From contig OZ024745.1 in assembly GCA_964016885.1 (NCBI GenBank), positions 95,914,001 to 95,978,000 of the forward strand: DNA of 64,000 bases. Direction: 5' to 3'. Each line of letters opens with the position of its first letter. The first letter of the stretch is position 1. This document shows, one piece after another, positions 14,105 through 27,400 of this stretch. This DNA is from Eledone cirrhosa (lineage: Eukaryota). The notes under the pieces were generated by a model, which was not told where the DNA came from, searched no databases, and saw only the letters and a list, made by a program, of their open reading frames with translations. The position numbers and the translations under genes are program-made.

Positions 14105-15005
14105 AGATATATTTCTTTATTAGCCACAAGGGCACAAAAGAAGGGGACAAGTACAATGGGGGAAGTTTACATTCAATAAAAACGTGTAAAACAATATCAC
14201 AGATGAAAATTAAAGAAAAACAATCGATTTTCCCCAATAGGAGGGAGACATTAACTATGGGTGACACATACCCCCGAAAAAAATGTTTAACCCTCACCTC
14301 CAGGAGTACGAAGAGTGAGCACTCCTTTCCTCTCTTCCTCCTCTTCCTCAACCTACAGGCTGATATAGAGAGAAGGCCCATTCACTTGGGCCATTCTCGC
14401 CACTTTCACCCACCTTTTATAAAACTTGCTGGGGTAGAGCACCTCTCTCTCCATCCTGATTCTTCTTCCAAAGTGGTATTTGAAAAAAAGAATCGGTTGT
14501 TGGCCGGAGAGAAAGGTGTCTGACCCTTTCAACCTCGTCCACCATATAACCTCTTTCACAATGGTGAAAGAGGTTATATGGTGGCCATCACACAGAGGAA
14601 AACCGCCTCTCCTTCATTTTTGAAGGAGGGTGGCGGTTTGATCATGACAACGGACTCGGTGGTCAACCGGATTGGTCCCACCTGCGACAATAGTAGTTCT
14701 TCATAGCCCCACAGGTCGGCAACTCCCGGGCAGTGTACAAATGCGTGCGCGACGGTTTCCTCGTCGCGCACGCATCTCGGACAGATCTTTTTCGAAGGGT
14801 CCCTGCTTGGGCGCCCGTGTCTGTAGAGCTTGTCTCGAACTGGTAGAGCTCCTCGGTAGCACTGCCAGGCGAGGGACTTTTGGAAGTTGCCCATCGGTCC
14901 CGGGCGGAAGGTCCTACCGAACAGACTGGCCAGTTCGTCTTCCTCTACACCTAGAGTTCCTCCGTGCGCGTCGTCGCACTTGCTGCGGACCAACCCTCTA
15001 TAGAA
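14105..15005 (-). mobile_element. Tx1 LINE, 5'-truncated 3' fragment (ORF2 C-terminal Zn domain + 3'UTR)
   Basis: SLAWQCYRGALPV...CPRC...ETVAHAFVHCP; ends AATAAAGAAATATATC(TATC)n. Confidence 0.92.
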
Positions 15006-15152
15006 TGATGAAGTAAATAGATAGATAAATAGATAGATAGGTAAGATAGGTAGATAGACAGATACATAGATTGGTAGGTAGATAGCTAGATTGGTAGATA
15101 GACAAATAGATAGATTGATAAATAGATAGATAGGTAAGATAGATAGATAGAT

Positions 15153-15340
15153 TGATATATTTCTTTATTAGCCACAAGGGCGCACAAGAAAAGGGGACAA
15201 AACAAAGACATGCCAGGGATTTTACATACAATCGTGTAAAAAAATATATAAAACAAACAATTATAACAATCGAAATTCCCATAGAGGGGAGGTGTCACAA
15301 ATGGGTTGTTTAATACCCCGTCGATAGAACAACCCTCAAC
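15153..15340 (-). mobile_element. Tx1 LINE, ~190-bp 3'UTR-only copy
   Basis: Near-duplicate of 15372-15560 with its own (TATC)n tail at ~15017-15152. Confidence 0.9.
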
Positions 15341-15371
15341 TAGATAGATAGATATGTAGCTAGATAGATAG

Positions 15372-18300
15372 ATATATTTCTTTATTTGGCACAAGAGCGC
15401 ACAAGAAAAGGGGACAATACAAAGACATATGCCGGGAATTTTACATACAGTCGTGTAAAAATATTATTAAAACAAACAAATTTAACTATTGAAATCCCCA
15501 ATAGGGGGGAGGCTCCACAAATGGGTTGTTTAATACCCCGTAGATAGAACAACCCTCAACTTCAGGAGCGTGTTGTGCAAGTGTTCCTTTCTTCCTTTTG
15601 CTCTCTTCTTCAACCTACAGGTTTATATACAGAGAAGGCCCAATCACTTGGACCATTTTTGCTACATTCACCCACCTTTAGTAAATTTACTGGGGTGCAG
15701 TGCCTCTCTCTCCACTCTGATTCTACTTCTAAAGTGGTACCTAAAGAAGGGAATGAGTTGTTGTCCGGAGGGAAAGGCATCTGTCCTCACTCCTCTCAAT
15801 CTCGTCCACCATATAACCTCTTTTACCATAGCCACTATACAGAGGAAAACCACCTCTCTTTCGTTTTTGTAAGAAGTTGCTGGTTTGATCCTTACTATGG
15901 ACTCGGCAGTCAACTGGATTTGTCCCATACGCGACAGCAGTCGTTCTGCGTAGTTCCACAGGTCGGTTACGCCCGGGAAGTGTACAATTGCGTGCAGGAC
16001 GGTTTCAATGTCCTGCTCGCATCTTGGACACGTCCTTTTGGAAGGATCCCTGCCAGGGCGTCTGTGCCTGTAAATCTTGTCTCAAACTGGTAGAGCTCCT
16101 CGGTAGCACTGCCAGGCCAGGGACCTCTGGAAGTTGTCCATAGGTCCCGGGCGGAAAGTTCTACCGAACAGACTGGTGAGCTCGTCGTCTTCGACGCCCA
16201 GTGTCTCTCTGAGCACGTCGTCGCACTTGTGATGTACTAAATAGAATGTCGAGTGGAGTCTCCACTGATTGCTGTGCCCGCTTGACAGAGGACTGTGAGC
16301 GCCTGAGCGCATTCAATGTGCCAGACGCCCATTTTCTTCGGCCTCTGCTCTACCAAGGGCTGCAGCTCCGTCAGTGAGACAAGTTGTGGGAAGGCCTGCC
16401 TCACAAACGGAGCCTACACCGGTTGTTCGGTGAGGAATACCTGGAGATGCCGTAGCCTCAGCGCGTGTTTGCGCATCATCAGCCACGGAATTCCCAGCCC
16501 TCCGTTGGAAGGGTGCTGACAGCAGACCGACCTCCTCACCCGTGGAGCCTGCTTCTTCCAAAAGAACTGAAAGAGAATGCGTTCCGTCTTGGTGAGGTGT
16601 TCACGGGGACAGGGCACGACGGTCAAGCGGTAGTAGATGACGGATGCTATGAAAGTGTTCGCCACCTCCGTTCGACCTTTCAAGGATAGTTTGCACTCTG
16701 CCCACTTCTGGGTGAGCGTAAATACCTTGGCCGTGACCTCGTTCCAGTTTTTCTCCAACTGGAGGTCCAGACCGAACCAGACCCCGAGCAATTTCACCGG
16801 TCCTTCCGTCCAGCGTCCGACGACGCTATCGGATGGCATCGGTTTGCTTCTCCATGTTCCGAGTTGCAAACCGTTAGACTTGTCCGGGTTCAGTTTTGCT
16901 CCTGTGAGCCTTTCGTATTACTGCAGTAAGTTGCCGATCGCCCCAATTTCCGAGGTTTTTGACACCATTACGGTTACGTCATCGGCATAAACCAACGCCG
17001 CTTTCCGCAGTCCCGGTTCCAACGGGATGCCTTGCAGAAGCTCCAGCTTCCGCAGTAGTGACTCTAGAGTCATTACGTACAGAATGGAGGAGAGAGGGCT
17101 TCCCTGTTGGATGGAACGCATGATTGCGAACAGCTCCGATAGGTAGCCGTTCACCTTGACCGTCGAACAGATGTTGGTGTGCATTGCTGTGATCCAGCCT
17201 CTGAAGACGGGTCCAAAACCGACCCCCTTGTGAACCGCTTCCAAGTATCGATGGTCGACCCTATGGAACGCTATAGACTGATCTAAATTGATCAGAGCCC
17301 ACCAAAGCCAGGTTTACACCCACCCTCTCTATGATGTATTGCATGAGGTGGAGGTTGTGTATGGACCTGGTTGGAATTACACACGTTTGAGATTTTCCCA
17401 CCAGGTTCTCGACGACAAGCGCCAGCCTTGTTGCTAACACCTTGGCAAAAATCTTTAACTCTGCGTTTAGGAGAGTTATGGACCTAAAGTTGCTTAGTTC
17501 GACCCCTTGTTCTCGTCTTTCCTGATCAGCGTTACTAGGCCCCTGCCTGCAGAACTGGGAATCCTCCCGTTCTGCTGCCAGTTTTAGTAGACGGCTTTGA
17601 GGATGCCAGAGAACAAGTCTGGCATGCCTATGTAAAACTCATAGGGTAGACCAACTAGACCGGGTGATTTGCATTTCCCACAGCGGCCCAGAGCGTCCCG
17701 TATCTCAGTAGCTGTGATCCGTCTTTCGCAGAACTCGGCGTCCATGCTCGAGAGATGCGGCAGGCCATCGATGTATGAACTGACGTCCATTGCCTCGTTC
17801 GGCGCACCGCTCTGCTCGAACAGTTGCGCAAAGTGCCGCTGAAAGGCCGTGCACAACCGTTTGGAGTCAAGTAGCACGCGTCCGTTTTGGTCCTTTGAAG
17901 ACCGAATCGTGGACTTGTTGTCACTTTTTGCCTCTGCCACTCGGGCCCAACTAACAGCTTTTGATCCCTCGTTTCCTAGAGCACGTGATCTACTCCTGAC
18001 CACGCCGCTGCCTTCGTGTTTCTCATCGAAGAACTGGTCTTGTGCCGTTCTTGTTGCTAGCACTCTAGCTGCGTTGCCACTCCTAAACGCCTCCTCTACC
18101 TTGGTTACTAATTCTCTTTCTGTCTTGTTTTTCTCTAAGGCTAGTTATTTTCTTAAAGCTATCGACTCTACTCTAATTGCTCTCTTAAGAGAGTACCACC
18201 ATCTATTGTTGACGATGGCTCCCGTCAACTGTTGCTTAACTAATCTACTTATCCGTCTACTGTAGGCTTTACACGTCGGTAACGACATGTTCAGCTTCCA

Positions 18301-20700
18301 GTATCCGGGTCCTTGTCTATGTGTTCTATCATGGTTGACTATGCAGGTGACTAGTTTGTGGTCTGAATAGGCAACCATGTACATTTGTGGACAGCCTAAC
18401 ATTTTCCTCTCTCTCTAATAAAGAACCTATCTAAATACGATCTAGAAGTCCCGCTACGATTTGTCCACGTCCACTGTGGTGCAGTCGGGAAATCTAGTCG
18501 ATACCTATCGGCCAGTTGGAATTGGCTGATTAAATTTTTGAGGCTGTTGCACACCCTCTACTGGGACATGTTCTTACATAGTCCCAACGTGCGTCTAGGA
18601 TACCATTCCAGTCCCCACTAAAAGCAAGGAACGAGACGTTTCCAGAAAAGACTAGACGCTTAAAGAAATCTAGCCGCGATTGCTCAGTCGGGGCATAAAC
18701 GGTCACCAGTCTGAAGGCTCCACCTCCAATACTGTTCACGTCTAGGACTACCAGTCTACCCTCCGGGTCCAAGTGTATTTTCTGTATTTCGAGGTCCAGG
18801 TTTTTCCGAAAAATAACAGCCATTCCCCCTCCACCTCCTAGCTGACAGAGAGATGCGTAGATCTCAAAGTCGTTAAAGATGGGGGTTAGTTGCTGCTTGT
18901 TGTGGATTCTGGACTCGGTGATGGCTATCACATCCATACCGTGTGACATAAGATCGTTTAAAAGTTGGCCCTGTTTCCAGGGCATCCCTAGGCCATACGC
19001 ATTCATGCTTCCAACTCGTAAATTTGCCATGTTGGAGGAGAAGAGTTGGCGAAAAGGACAAAAAAGATGCACTTACCTTTTCGTTTCCAGGAGATCGGTT
19101 TGTTCAATCTCCATTTGGGTGTTGTTGGGGGTGTTGGGTGAGTTGGGGGAAACGTTTCAACAGGACGCGGTTTATGGGTTTTTGGCAGGGGTTTCCGACG
19201 TCCTGCGAAAATTGTTCCTTTAGTTTCTGGTAGGTTTCCATCGAAACCCTTATCAGTTTTAGGTGTGGTGCAGAGTCTGACTTGACAAAGGTTTTCCCCC
19301 CCAGTTTCTACTTTGGGGTCTTGGGGGATGACTTCCATCAGGTTTTTGATGTTTGTGTTAATGTATGTGTATTGTTGTTTGTCTTTTTGTTGTGTTGTTT
19401 TGGTTTATTGTTCAATTTGTAGTTTTCTTTTTATGGTGGGAATTTGTGTTTGGGGTGGTGTTGGTGTTTGTTTTGCTGGTATGGGGGGGGGGGGGGGTTA
19501 TTGTGGTGGTGTTTGTGTTGTTGTTTGTGTTGGTGGTTGTGTGTTCGTGTTGGTGATTCGTGTTTTTGTGGTTTTGCGGTGTCTCTTTTTTTGTTTTTTT
19601 ATTTCCGAGGCCCTCCTTCATCTTCACTTGGGGATGGAGAAGTAGCCTCGTCTGACGATGAATCATCATGAGGAGTGTGTGGGAGGGGTATGTTGTGTGA
19701 TGATGGTGTGTTTGTGTGTGTGATTGTGGTAGTGTTCGATGGAGTGGGATGGGGGTGTGACTGTATTTTTCAGGGGAATTTGTTTCTGTTTTTTCTGTTG
19801 TTTGTGTTTGAGCAGTTGTGTGTTTGCTTGTTTTGTGTGTTGTTGTTGTTGTAGTGGTTTTGGTGTTGGTGTTGGTAAAAGTACTTGGGGGGGGGGGGTC
19901 GTAAGTGGGGACAGGAGGCCTTTAAATGCGATGTGCTTGCGCATTTAAAACAATGTGGCCTCCTAGCTCCTGCTGAAATGTGGATATAGTTTTTATTGTC
20001 TACTGGTACTCTTTCTGGTATCTTGGAAATTCTGTCTGGTTTCATTTAGACCAAAATTTCTAAGCTTGTGCCGTTCCAGGTGTTTCTTGTGGATTTTTGA
20101 ATTGACAGTATTGTGTCTTCATCCTCCTCCAAGAACCCTGCCAGAATCCACCAGATGTTAATGTTTATTTTTTGTGTCCTTTTTTTCAGTTATATATAGG
20201 GAAAAAGGTGTGTGTGGCAGAGGTGACCGGGGTCACTGAGTATTTTTTCGCAAGGGCCTCACTTTTGAAGAGTACTGAAATGCTTCCATATAGTTTAGCC
20301 CTTTGTATGAAGTGTATGTGTTTCTGTCATTATTGCAAGGCCTCTTTCAAGACGATTTCAATTTCGTCTTGAGTAAGGAAAGCCGTTTTTTTTTGTGTGT
20401 TCAAAATCGTGTGAAAAATCACAGTCCTTCGCATTGTGTCGGCTTTGATTTGTGGTGAAGAGGTGATTTTAAATCCCTCCTTTTCCTTGAAGGTAACATA
20501 TTTTTTTCCTTCGTTGATCATTCCCTTCGCATTGGAAATATCGATATTTGTAAAACTTCCTTTGCTTATTGTGGCAAAAGATTTTTATGGTTACGGTTAC
20601 TTTGGAGTAGAGTCTTCGTTTACTAAATTGATTTTCTGAATTTGTTCCACTATTTTGTATATATCTTTCATGTTATTTGTTTCCACCAGAGAAAACAACT
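15372..20700 (-). mobile_element. Tx1 LINE, near-full-length decayed copy C (ORF1 ~20670-19073, ORF2 from 19030)
   Basis: ORF1 RPHCFKC knuckle remnant; ORF2 MANLRVGSMNAYGL, GDWNG, YSDHKLV, GYWKLN, KSPGLVGLPYEFY, QGSPLS, VYADDV, GGLGIP, WQCYRGALPV; 3' AATAAA + (TATC)n. 5' boundary approximate. Confidence 0.93.
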
Positions 20701-21148
20701 AACCTATAGTCTGTCTATCGTTGAAAGTTCCTAATTATAATATCCATTTTTACCTTTTCGTTACCATATTTCTAATGAAATACATCATCTGTTTTCCAAT
20801 CAATTTTGAAAAAATATTCAACAATTTTAAAGGATTTAGAAAAATAATTAACCATACTAATAAATTGGAGTTTGGTACATGAGTTAATAAAGATATTCTT
20901 CCATAACAAACATCTTTATTTAATAGGAATGCATAGAAACAAAAGGTTTGGGACAGTATTGGGTGGGTTGATATCAAAAGGATTAATTAGATGCTATCAG
21001 ACTAATGATTTGGTAAAATGTTATTATAAATATGCTTATATTAGAAATAACAACTATGTTGCGTATTGTACCCTAGGAATGTCTGTGTGTAGCTAAATAA
21101 GACTGTTAGTTGCCCTAACCAATAAACAAAACTTTCAGATTGCTTTAA

Positions 21149-21359
21149 CCCTTTAGCATTTACATTACTCTATATATGATATTGTATTTTGGTGGTAAAG
21201 GCTTTACCTCACATAATTATCTCACATAATATTGAATCTATGAGATTTTGATATTATTTATTTAGAGAACAATACTTTAACATCAGTATGAGCAGCCAGT
21301 TTGAATAGAAAGTGGGGAGAGATTTCTGGTTGGATACAGTCAGTTTATATGCTAAAGGG
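21149..21359 (+). mobile_element. piggyBac-type MITE
   Basis: TTAA|ccctttagcat ... atgctaaaggg|TTAA: TTAA duplication and CCCT-starting TIRs. Confidence 0.85.
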
Positions 21360-21468
21360 TTAACATGTAAAGGAAACATTCAGGAAACACTACACCTGCA
21401 CACATAATAAATAACAGCATACTATGACTAGTTTCTACCAAAATTGTTTGCATTAATATTCATATTGC

Positions 21469-21660
21469 AATAATTGTTTCTACTTTTGGCACAAGGCCAG
21501 CAATTACCCAGTGCATTACTGGTTCTTTATTTTATCGACCCCGTAAGGATGAAAGGCAAAGTTAACCTCAGCGGGATTTGAACTCAGAATGGCAAGGGCC
21601 GTAACTCTATACGTCAAAGCATGGCGTCCGACCCACTACCGATACTGCCAATCCATCGCC
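21469..21660 (-). mobile_element. tRNA-derived SINE family A
   Basis: Minus strand: A box TGGCAGTATCGG, B box GAGTTCAAATCC, core gcctttcatccttacggggtcgataaa, tail ccttgtgccaaaagtagaaacaattatt. Confidence 0.9.
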
Positions 21661-22522
21661 CTTACAATAATGACAGAACCACGTAAAGTTCACCTCAAAT
21701 CTAAAATAACTGAGATAAGTGAGAAACGTTTAAACATTTTCTACGTCACTTAACTTGTATTAAATCTTAACATCCTGCAATAATTTTGCAGAAAATACCA
21801 CAATATAGTATCTTTAATAGAAGACAGATCATCGTGAAAATTTGCAGTAAACAAAAGTCAAGACTTCAATTTGAAGCAGTTACAGTGTTCTTTTGAACTT
21901 TTCAAAAATGTCTGGCTAATGCCACCCCATGCAGTACAGGACATTATGAGTTAAACAATAATATAAGCATGCCACATATCTTGTTAATTATAGAATTTGA
22001 GTGATGTTGATCATTATATCTTTTGAAACTAATAATAACTGGGTTCATTGATTATCATAGTAATATTGTAGCTGTAGTGGGTTACACACTCATTTGCTAA
22101 TAAAGTGAAAGCAGCATTAACAAAATTGAAGATTCTCAGTTATAATCTTTGGCTTAGAAAGACTTGAGAGATGTCAATATAAATTAGATAATTTAACACT
22201 AGTACTTTATTTTATCAATGTTAGAAGGGCAAAGGACCAAGTTGACCTAGGATAAATATCTATACAAATGGATGCACATGTACACATGCAGGTATACAAA
22301 AACAGACATCATAAACTCTTGAGTGTTCACACCATGAGGCCATGATAAATTGACAGTATACTCTGTATACTGACAGGTGATAGAGACAGAATCAAGTTGT
22401 AAAACATATGCCAATAATGGAACAAACAAGCCAAATATAGTTCATAATCTGGCTAGGATGGCAGTAACTGTGAATAACTGTGGGACAATGCATACATGAC
22501 AACATGGAAAATCAGACATAAA

Positions 22523-22718
22523 ATAATAATTGTTTCTACTTTTGGCACAAGGCCAGCAATTACTCAGTAGATTACTGGTACTTTATTTTATCGACCCCCG
22601 TAAGGATGAAAGGCAAAGTAAACCTCGGCGGGATTTGAACTCTGAATGGCAAGGGCCATAACTCTATACGTCAAAGCATGGCATCCGACCCTCTACCGAT
22701 ACTGCCAATTCACCGCCC
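22523..22718 (-). mobile_element. SINE family A with target-site duplication
   Basis: Same consensus; flanking repeat cagacataaaataataat on both sides. Confidence 0.92.
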
Positions 22719-22927
22719 CAGACATAAAATAATAATGATGATGATGAAGATGATGATAGTACGGGAAAGTGACTGAATTTATTTCAATGATTTCTGGCCA
22801 AGACCCACTCACTCAATGCGATAATGAGCTTGCAGTTGAGAAGCTGTATCTTAATATATAGAGTGCGCACAAATAGTTAGTGATTGTTATGGCAGTGTTT
22901 TTATATATTTGTTCGGAAACATTTAAT

Positions 22928-23185
22928 CTATTGCCATAGCTTTCCACAGACTCCACTGCTAGAGTTTTTCTTCAACAGGGTGTTGTGATCAACCTTGCTG
23001 AAATCAAGGTAAATAACATTCGTGTTGGAGCCATCTCCCAAAGCTTTTTGGATGTCATTAAAGTGATGCAGAAGCTGTGTCAGGCAGTCCCTGCCTTTGC
23101 CGAACTCATGCTGGTTGGAGTTCAGCAGATTGTTCTTTTCAAGAAAATGAGTTATTCGTGATCTCACCAACCTCTTGAATACCAT
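22928..23185 (-). mobile_element. CR1/L2-group RT fragment
   Basis: LEKNNLLNSNQHEF.KGRDCLTQLL...VIYLDFSKVDH. Confidence 0.8.
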
Positions 23186-24467
23186 TTAATGTCCATTTTC
23201 CATGCTTGCAATATATATATGTATATATATATATAATTCTTTTTGATTATTTTAACTCTTTTGGTCATTGAGCAAAAGTAGTCAAGGCAGGCGCCGCATA
23301 CACACATACCTATGTATTTGTGTGTGTATCTCATTTCTATTTTGTCCCAAACTCCCTTATGGTTGAGTTAACCAGGTGGGTGCAAACTGCTTTTTCTAGC
23401 AAATACGGTAATTGCTAAATGTTCAGCATTCACCTGTCTTCTGTGACCGCTTGTATCATGTGTTAATTTCTCCCTCCATCTCCCAACCATTATTCACTTG
23501 TAACAGTCGAGTCAAGAAACAGACCACTAAACTGCACAGTGATGGTGTACTTTTATAGTGCAGGATTGCTGCAAAACAATTTGGTGAAACTGCAGTTGGG
23601 ACTTAGAAGAAAAAAGGTATATTTTTGTCTATTATTTCCTTGCATTTTTAATTTGATATATATATAATTAAAAAGAGAAGGTGAAAATGCACAGAAGTAT
23701 GTTTAAAGTTTATTTTTTCTCTAATCTGACAGAATGAATGATTTTGTAATTGCTGCATTAAATATAACTGGTTTTGATTGGTATAACAATCTGACCAAAT
23801 ATTAGATATTAAATATTAAATAATAAAAAAATGTATTTTCTTGTATTCTATGAGCAGTTCGAATATATGTGAGTTTTCTGTCAAAATTTCTTCTTATACA
23901 TATGTCCTTTATAAAGGTGTGGTGGTGAAGGTAGAAATGGGGTTCAACAGATCAAGATTCAATTTTCTTTTTTTTCTGCAAATTTCCTAGGAATCCAGCC
24001 CCTGCATTCCCCTAGGAACCCTTTCAATCATGTTTATATATATATTTTTATTTATATTTATATTTTTATCCTTACTTTCATCTGCAACCCCTAAAAACAA
24101 TTCTGTTCTCTTGATACAAGGGGTACACATATGCACACACAAGCACATACCACAAGAGAGAAGATAAATTCTATATCCATTCCCAGCTTTTTTCAGTTTC
24201 ACAAATCCCAAATACTGACCTTTTGACACAATTGAACCCCACCTTAATACCCTTCCACACATACACACACATTAAAAATGTCATTTGGACCATTAGTATG
24301 AAAGGTAAAAACCTTTTATATTTTTAACCAAGTGAGCTCAATTAAATCCTGACCGACTGAATCCCACCACACCTTCATAAGGACATATGTATAAGGAGAA
24401 ATTTTGACCAAAAACTCACATATATTCAAACTGCTCACAGAATACAAGAAAAAACATTTTTTTATTA

Positions 24468-27400
24468 TCTATATATATAAAACTGTGGTTGTCTGTCTGT
24501 CTATCGATTTTTGGCACACATCTCCTCTTAGAATCTCTCACGGAATTACACCGAAATTGCTATACTTGTACATTGAGCCCTAGCGAAGACATCGGAAAAA
24601 AAAAATTTCAAATTGACCCACCCTATGTGACGAAATCGAATATAATGTATCGATTTTTGAGCGTAAGTTATCAGTTATTTCCCTATGTTCTGTTTACATT
24701 GAGCGTCTTACGTAAAAAATTACGCTGGCTTTAACAGTTGTCGAGCCAGCAAAATATTGACCTGCAAAATTCATCAGTTCGAACACTAAGCTTCCGTTTT
24801 GCTTCATTTCCATTTAAAAGCATTTTAAAACAATATTTTTACTTGAAAACAAGTCTATTTAAAGACTACGTAAAACAAGCAAATATTTCGTCGTTAGGCG
24901 TGCAGACAGACAGTCGTGCAGACAGACAGTCGTGCAGAGAGGTGATATACGCGTGCAGACAGAGAGTCGTGCAGAGAGGTGATATAGGCGTGCAGACAGA
25001 CAGTCGTGCAGAGAGGTGATATAGGCGTACAGACAGACATAACTGATAATTTGGTTACGCTAATGTTTTTCTCTGCGTTGCAATGTTTACATTTTCGATC
25101 TTTGTTAATAAATAACCAGTGCAGTTTCTATCCCCAGCATCCTCTTTTGTTATAACATTCGGGTTATCGTTATGTTTTCTTAACTTCATAAGGCATACCT
25201 GCAAAATTCATCAGTTCGAACACTAAGCTTCCGTTTTGCTTCATTTCCATTTAAAAGCATTTTAAAACAATATTTTTACTTGAAAACAAGTCTATTTAAA
25301 GACTACGTAAAACAAGCAAATATTTCGTCGTTAGGCGTGCAGACAGACAGTCGTGCAGACAGACAGTCGTGCAGAGAGGTGATATACGCGTGCAGACAGA
25401 TAGTCGGGCAGAGAGGTGATATAGGCGTGCAGACAGATAGTCGTGCAGAGAGGTGATATAGGCGTGCAGACAGACAGTCGTGCAGAGAGGTGATATAGGC
25501 GTGCAGACAGACAGACAGTCGTGCAGAGAGGTGATATAGGCGTGCAGACAGACATAACTGATAATTTGGTTACGCTAATGTTTTTCTCTGCGTTGCAGTG
25601 TTTACATTTTCGATCTTTGTTAATAAATAACCAGTGCAGTTTCTATCCCCAGCATCCTCTTTTGTTATAACATTCGGGTTATCGTTATGTTTTCTTAACT
25701 TCATAAGGCATATTGTTGGTTGAGGGAATATTAATCAAAAACACCACATGCAAGTCTGCACAGTAGACACTACAGTTTTTAAGCCAAGAAAGAAACTTAA
25801 CATTGTATACACGAACAGTTGTCGAGCCAGCAAAATATTGACCTGCAAAATTCATCAGTTCGAACACTAAGCTTCCGTTTTGCTTCATTTCCATTTAAAA
25901 GCATTTTAAAACAATATTTTTACTTGAAAACAAGTCTATTTAAAGACTACGTAAAACAAGCAAATATTTCGTCGTTAGGCGTGCAGACAGACAGTCGTGC
26001 AGACAGACAGTCGTGCAGAGAGGTGATATACGCGTGCAGACAGAGAGTCGTGCAGAGAGGTGATATAGGCGTGCAGACAGATAGTCGTGCAGAGAGGTGA
26101 TATAGGCGTGCAGACAGACAGTCGTGCAGAGAGGTGATATAGGCGTGCAGACAGACAGACAGTCGTGCAGAGAGGTGATATAGGCGTGCAGACAGACATA
26201 ACTGATAATTTGGTTACGCTAATGTTTTTCTCTGCGTTGCAGTGTTTACATTTTCGATCTTTGTTAATAAATAACCAGTGCAGTTTTTATCCCCAGCAAC
26301 CTCTTTTGTTATAACATTCGGGTTATCGTTATGTTTTCTTAACTTCATAAGGCATATTGTTGGTTGAGGGAATATTAATCAAAAACACCACATGCAAGTC
26401 TGCACAGTAGACACTACAGTTTTTAAGCCAAGAAAGAAACTTAACATTGTATACACGAACAGTTGTCGAGCCAGCAAAATATTGACCTGCAAAATTCATC
26501 AGTTCGAACACTAAGCTTCCGTTTTGCTTCATTTCCATTTAAAAGCATTTTAAAACAATATTTTTACTTGAAAACAAGTCTATTTAAAGACTACGTAAAA
26601 CAAGCAAATATTTCGCCGTTAGGCGTGCAGACAGACAGTCGTGCAGACAGACAGTCGTGCAGAGAGGTGATATACGCGTGCAGACAGAGAGTCGTGCAGA
26701 GAGGTGATATAGGCGTGCAGACAGATAGTCGTGCAGAGAGGTGATATAGGCGTGCAGACAGACAGTCGTGCAGAGAGGTGATATAGGCGTGCAGACAGAC
26801 AGTCGTGCAGAGAGGTGATATAGGCGTGCAGACAGACATAACTGATAATTTGGTTACGCTAATGTTTTTCTCTGCGTTGCAGTGTTTACATTTTCGATCT
26901 TTGTTAATAAATAACCAGTGCAGTTTTTATCCCCAGCAACCTCTTTTGTTATAACATTCGGGTTATCGTTATGTTTTCTTAACTTCATAAGGCATATTGT
27001 TGGTTGAGGGAATATTAATCAAAAACACCACATGCAAGTCTGCACAGTAGACACTACAGTTTTTAAGCCAAGAAAGAAACTTAACATTGTATACACGAAC
27101 AGTTGTCGAGCCAGCAAAATATTGACCTGCAAAATTCATCAGTTCGAACACTAAGCTTCCGTTTTGCTTCATTTCCATTTAAAAGCATTTTAAAACAATA
27201 TTTTTACTTGAAAACAAGTCTATTTAAAGACTACGTAAAACAAGCAAATATTTCGTCGTTAGGCGTGCAGACAGACAGTCGTGCAGACAGACAGTCGTGC
27301 AGAGAGGTGATATACGCGTGCAGACAGAGAGTCGTGCAGAGAGGTGATATAGGCGTGCAGACAGATAGTCGTGCAGAGAGGTGATATAGGCGTGCAGACA

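Noticed and set aside
25840-25900. CTGATGA on the minus strand of the 644-bp unit as a hammerhead
   Set aside because: No correctly placed GAAA/UH with supporting helices could be built.
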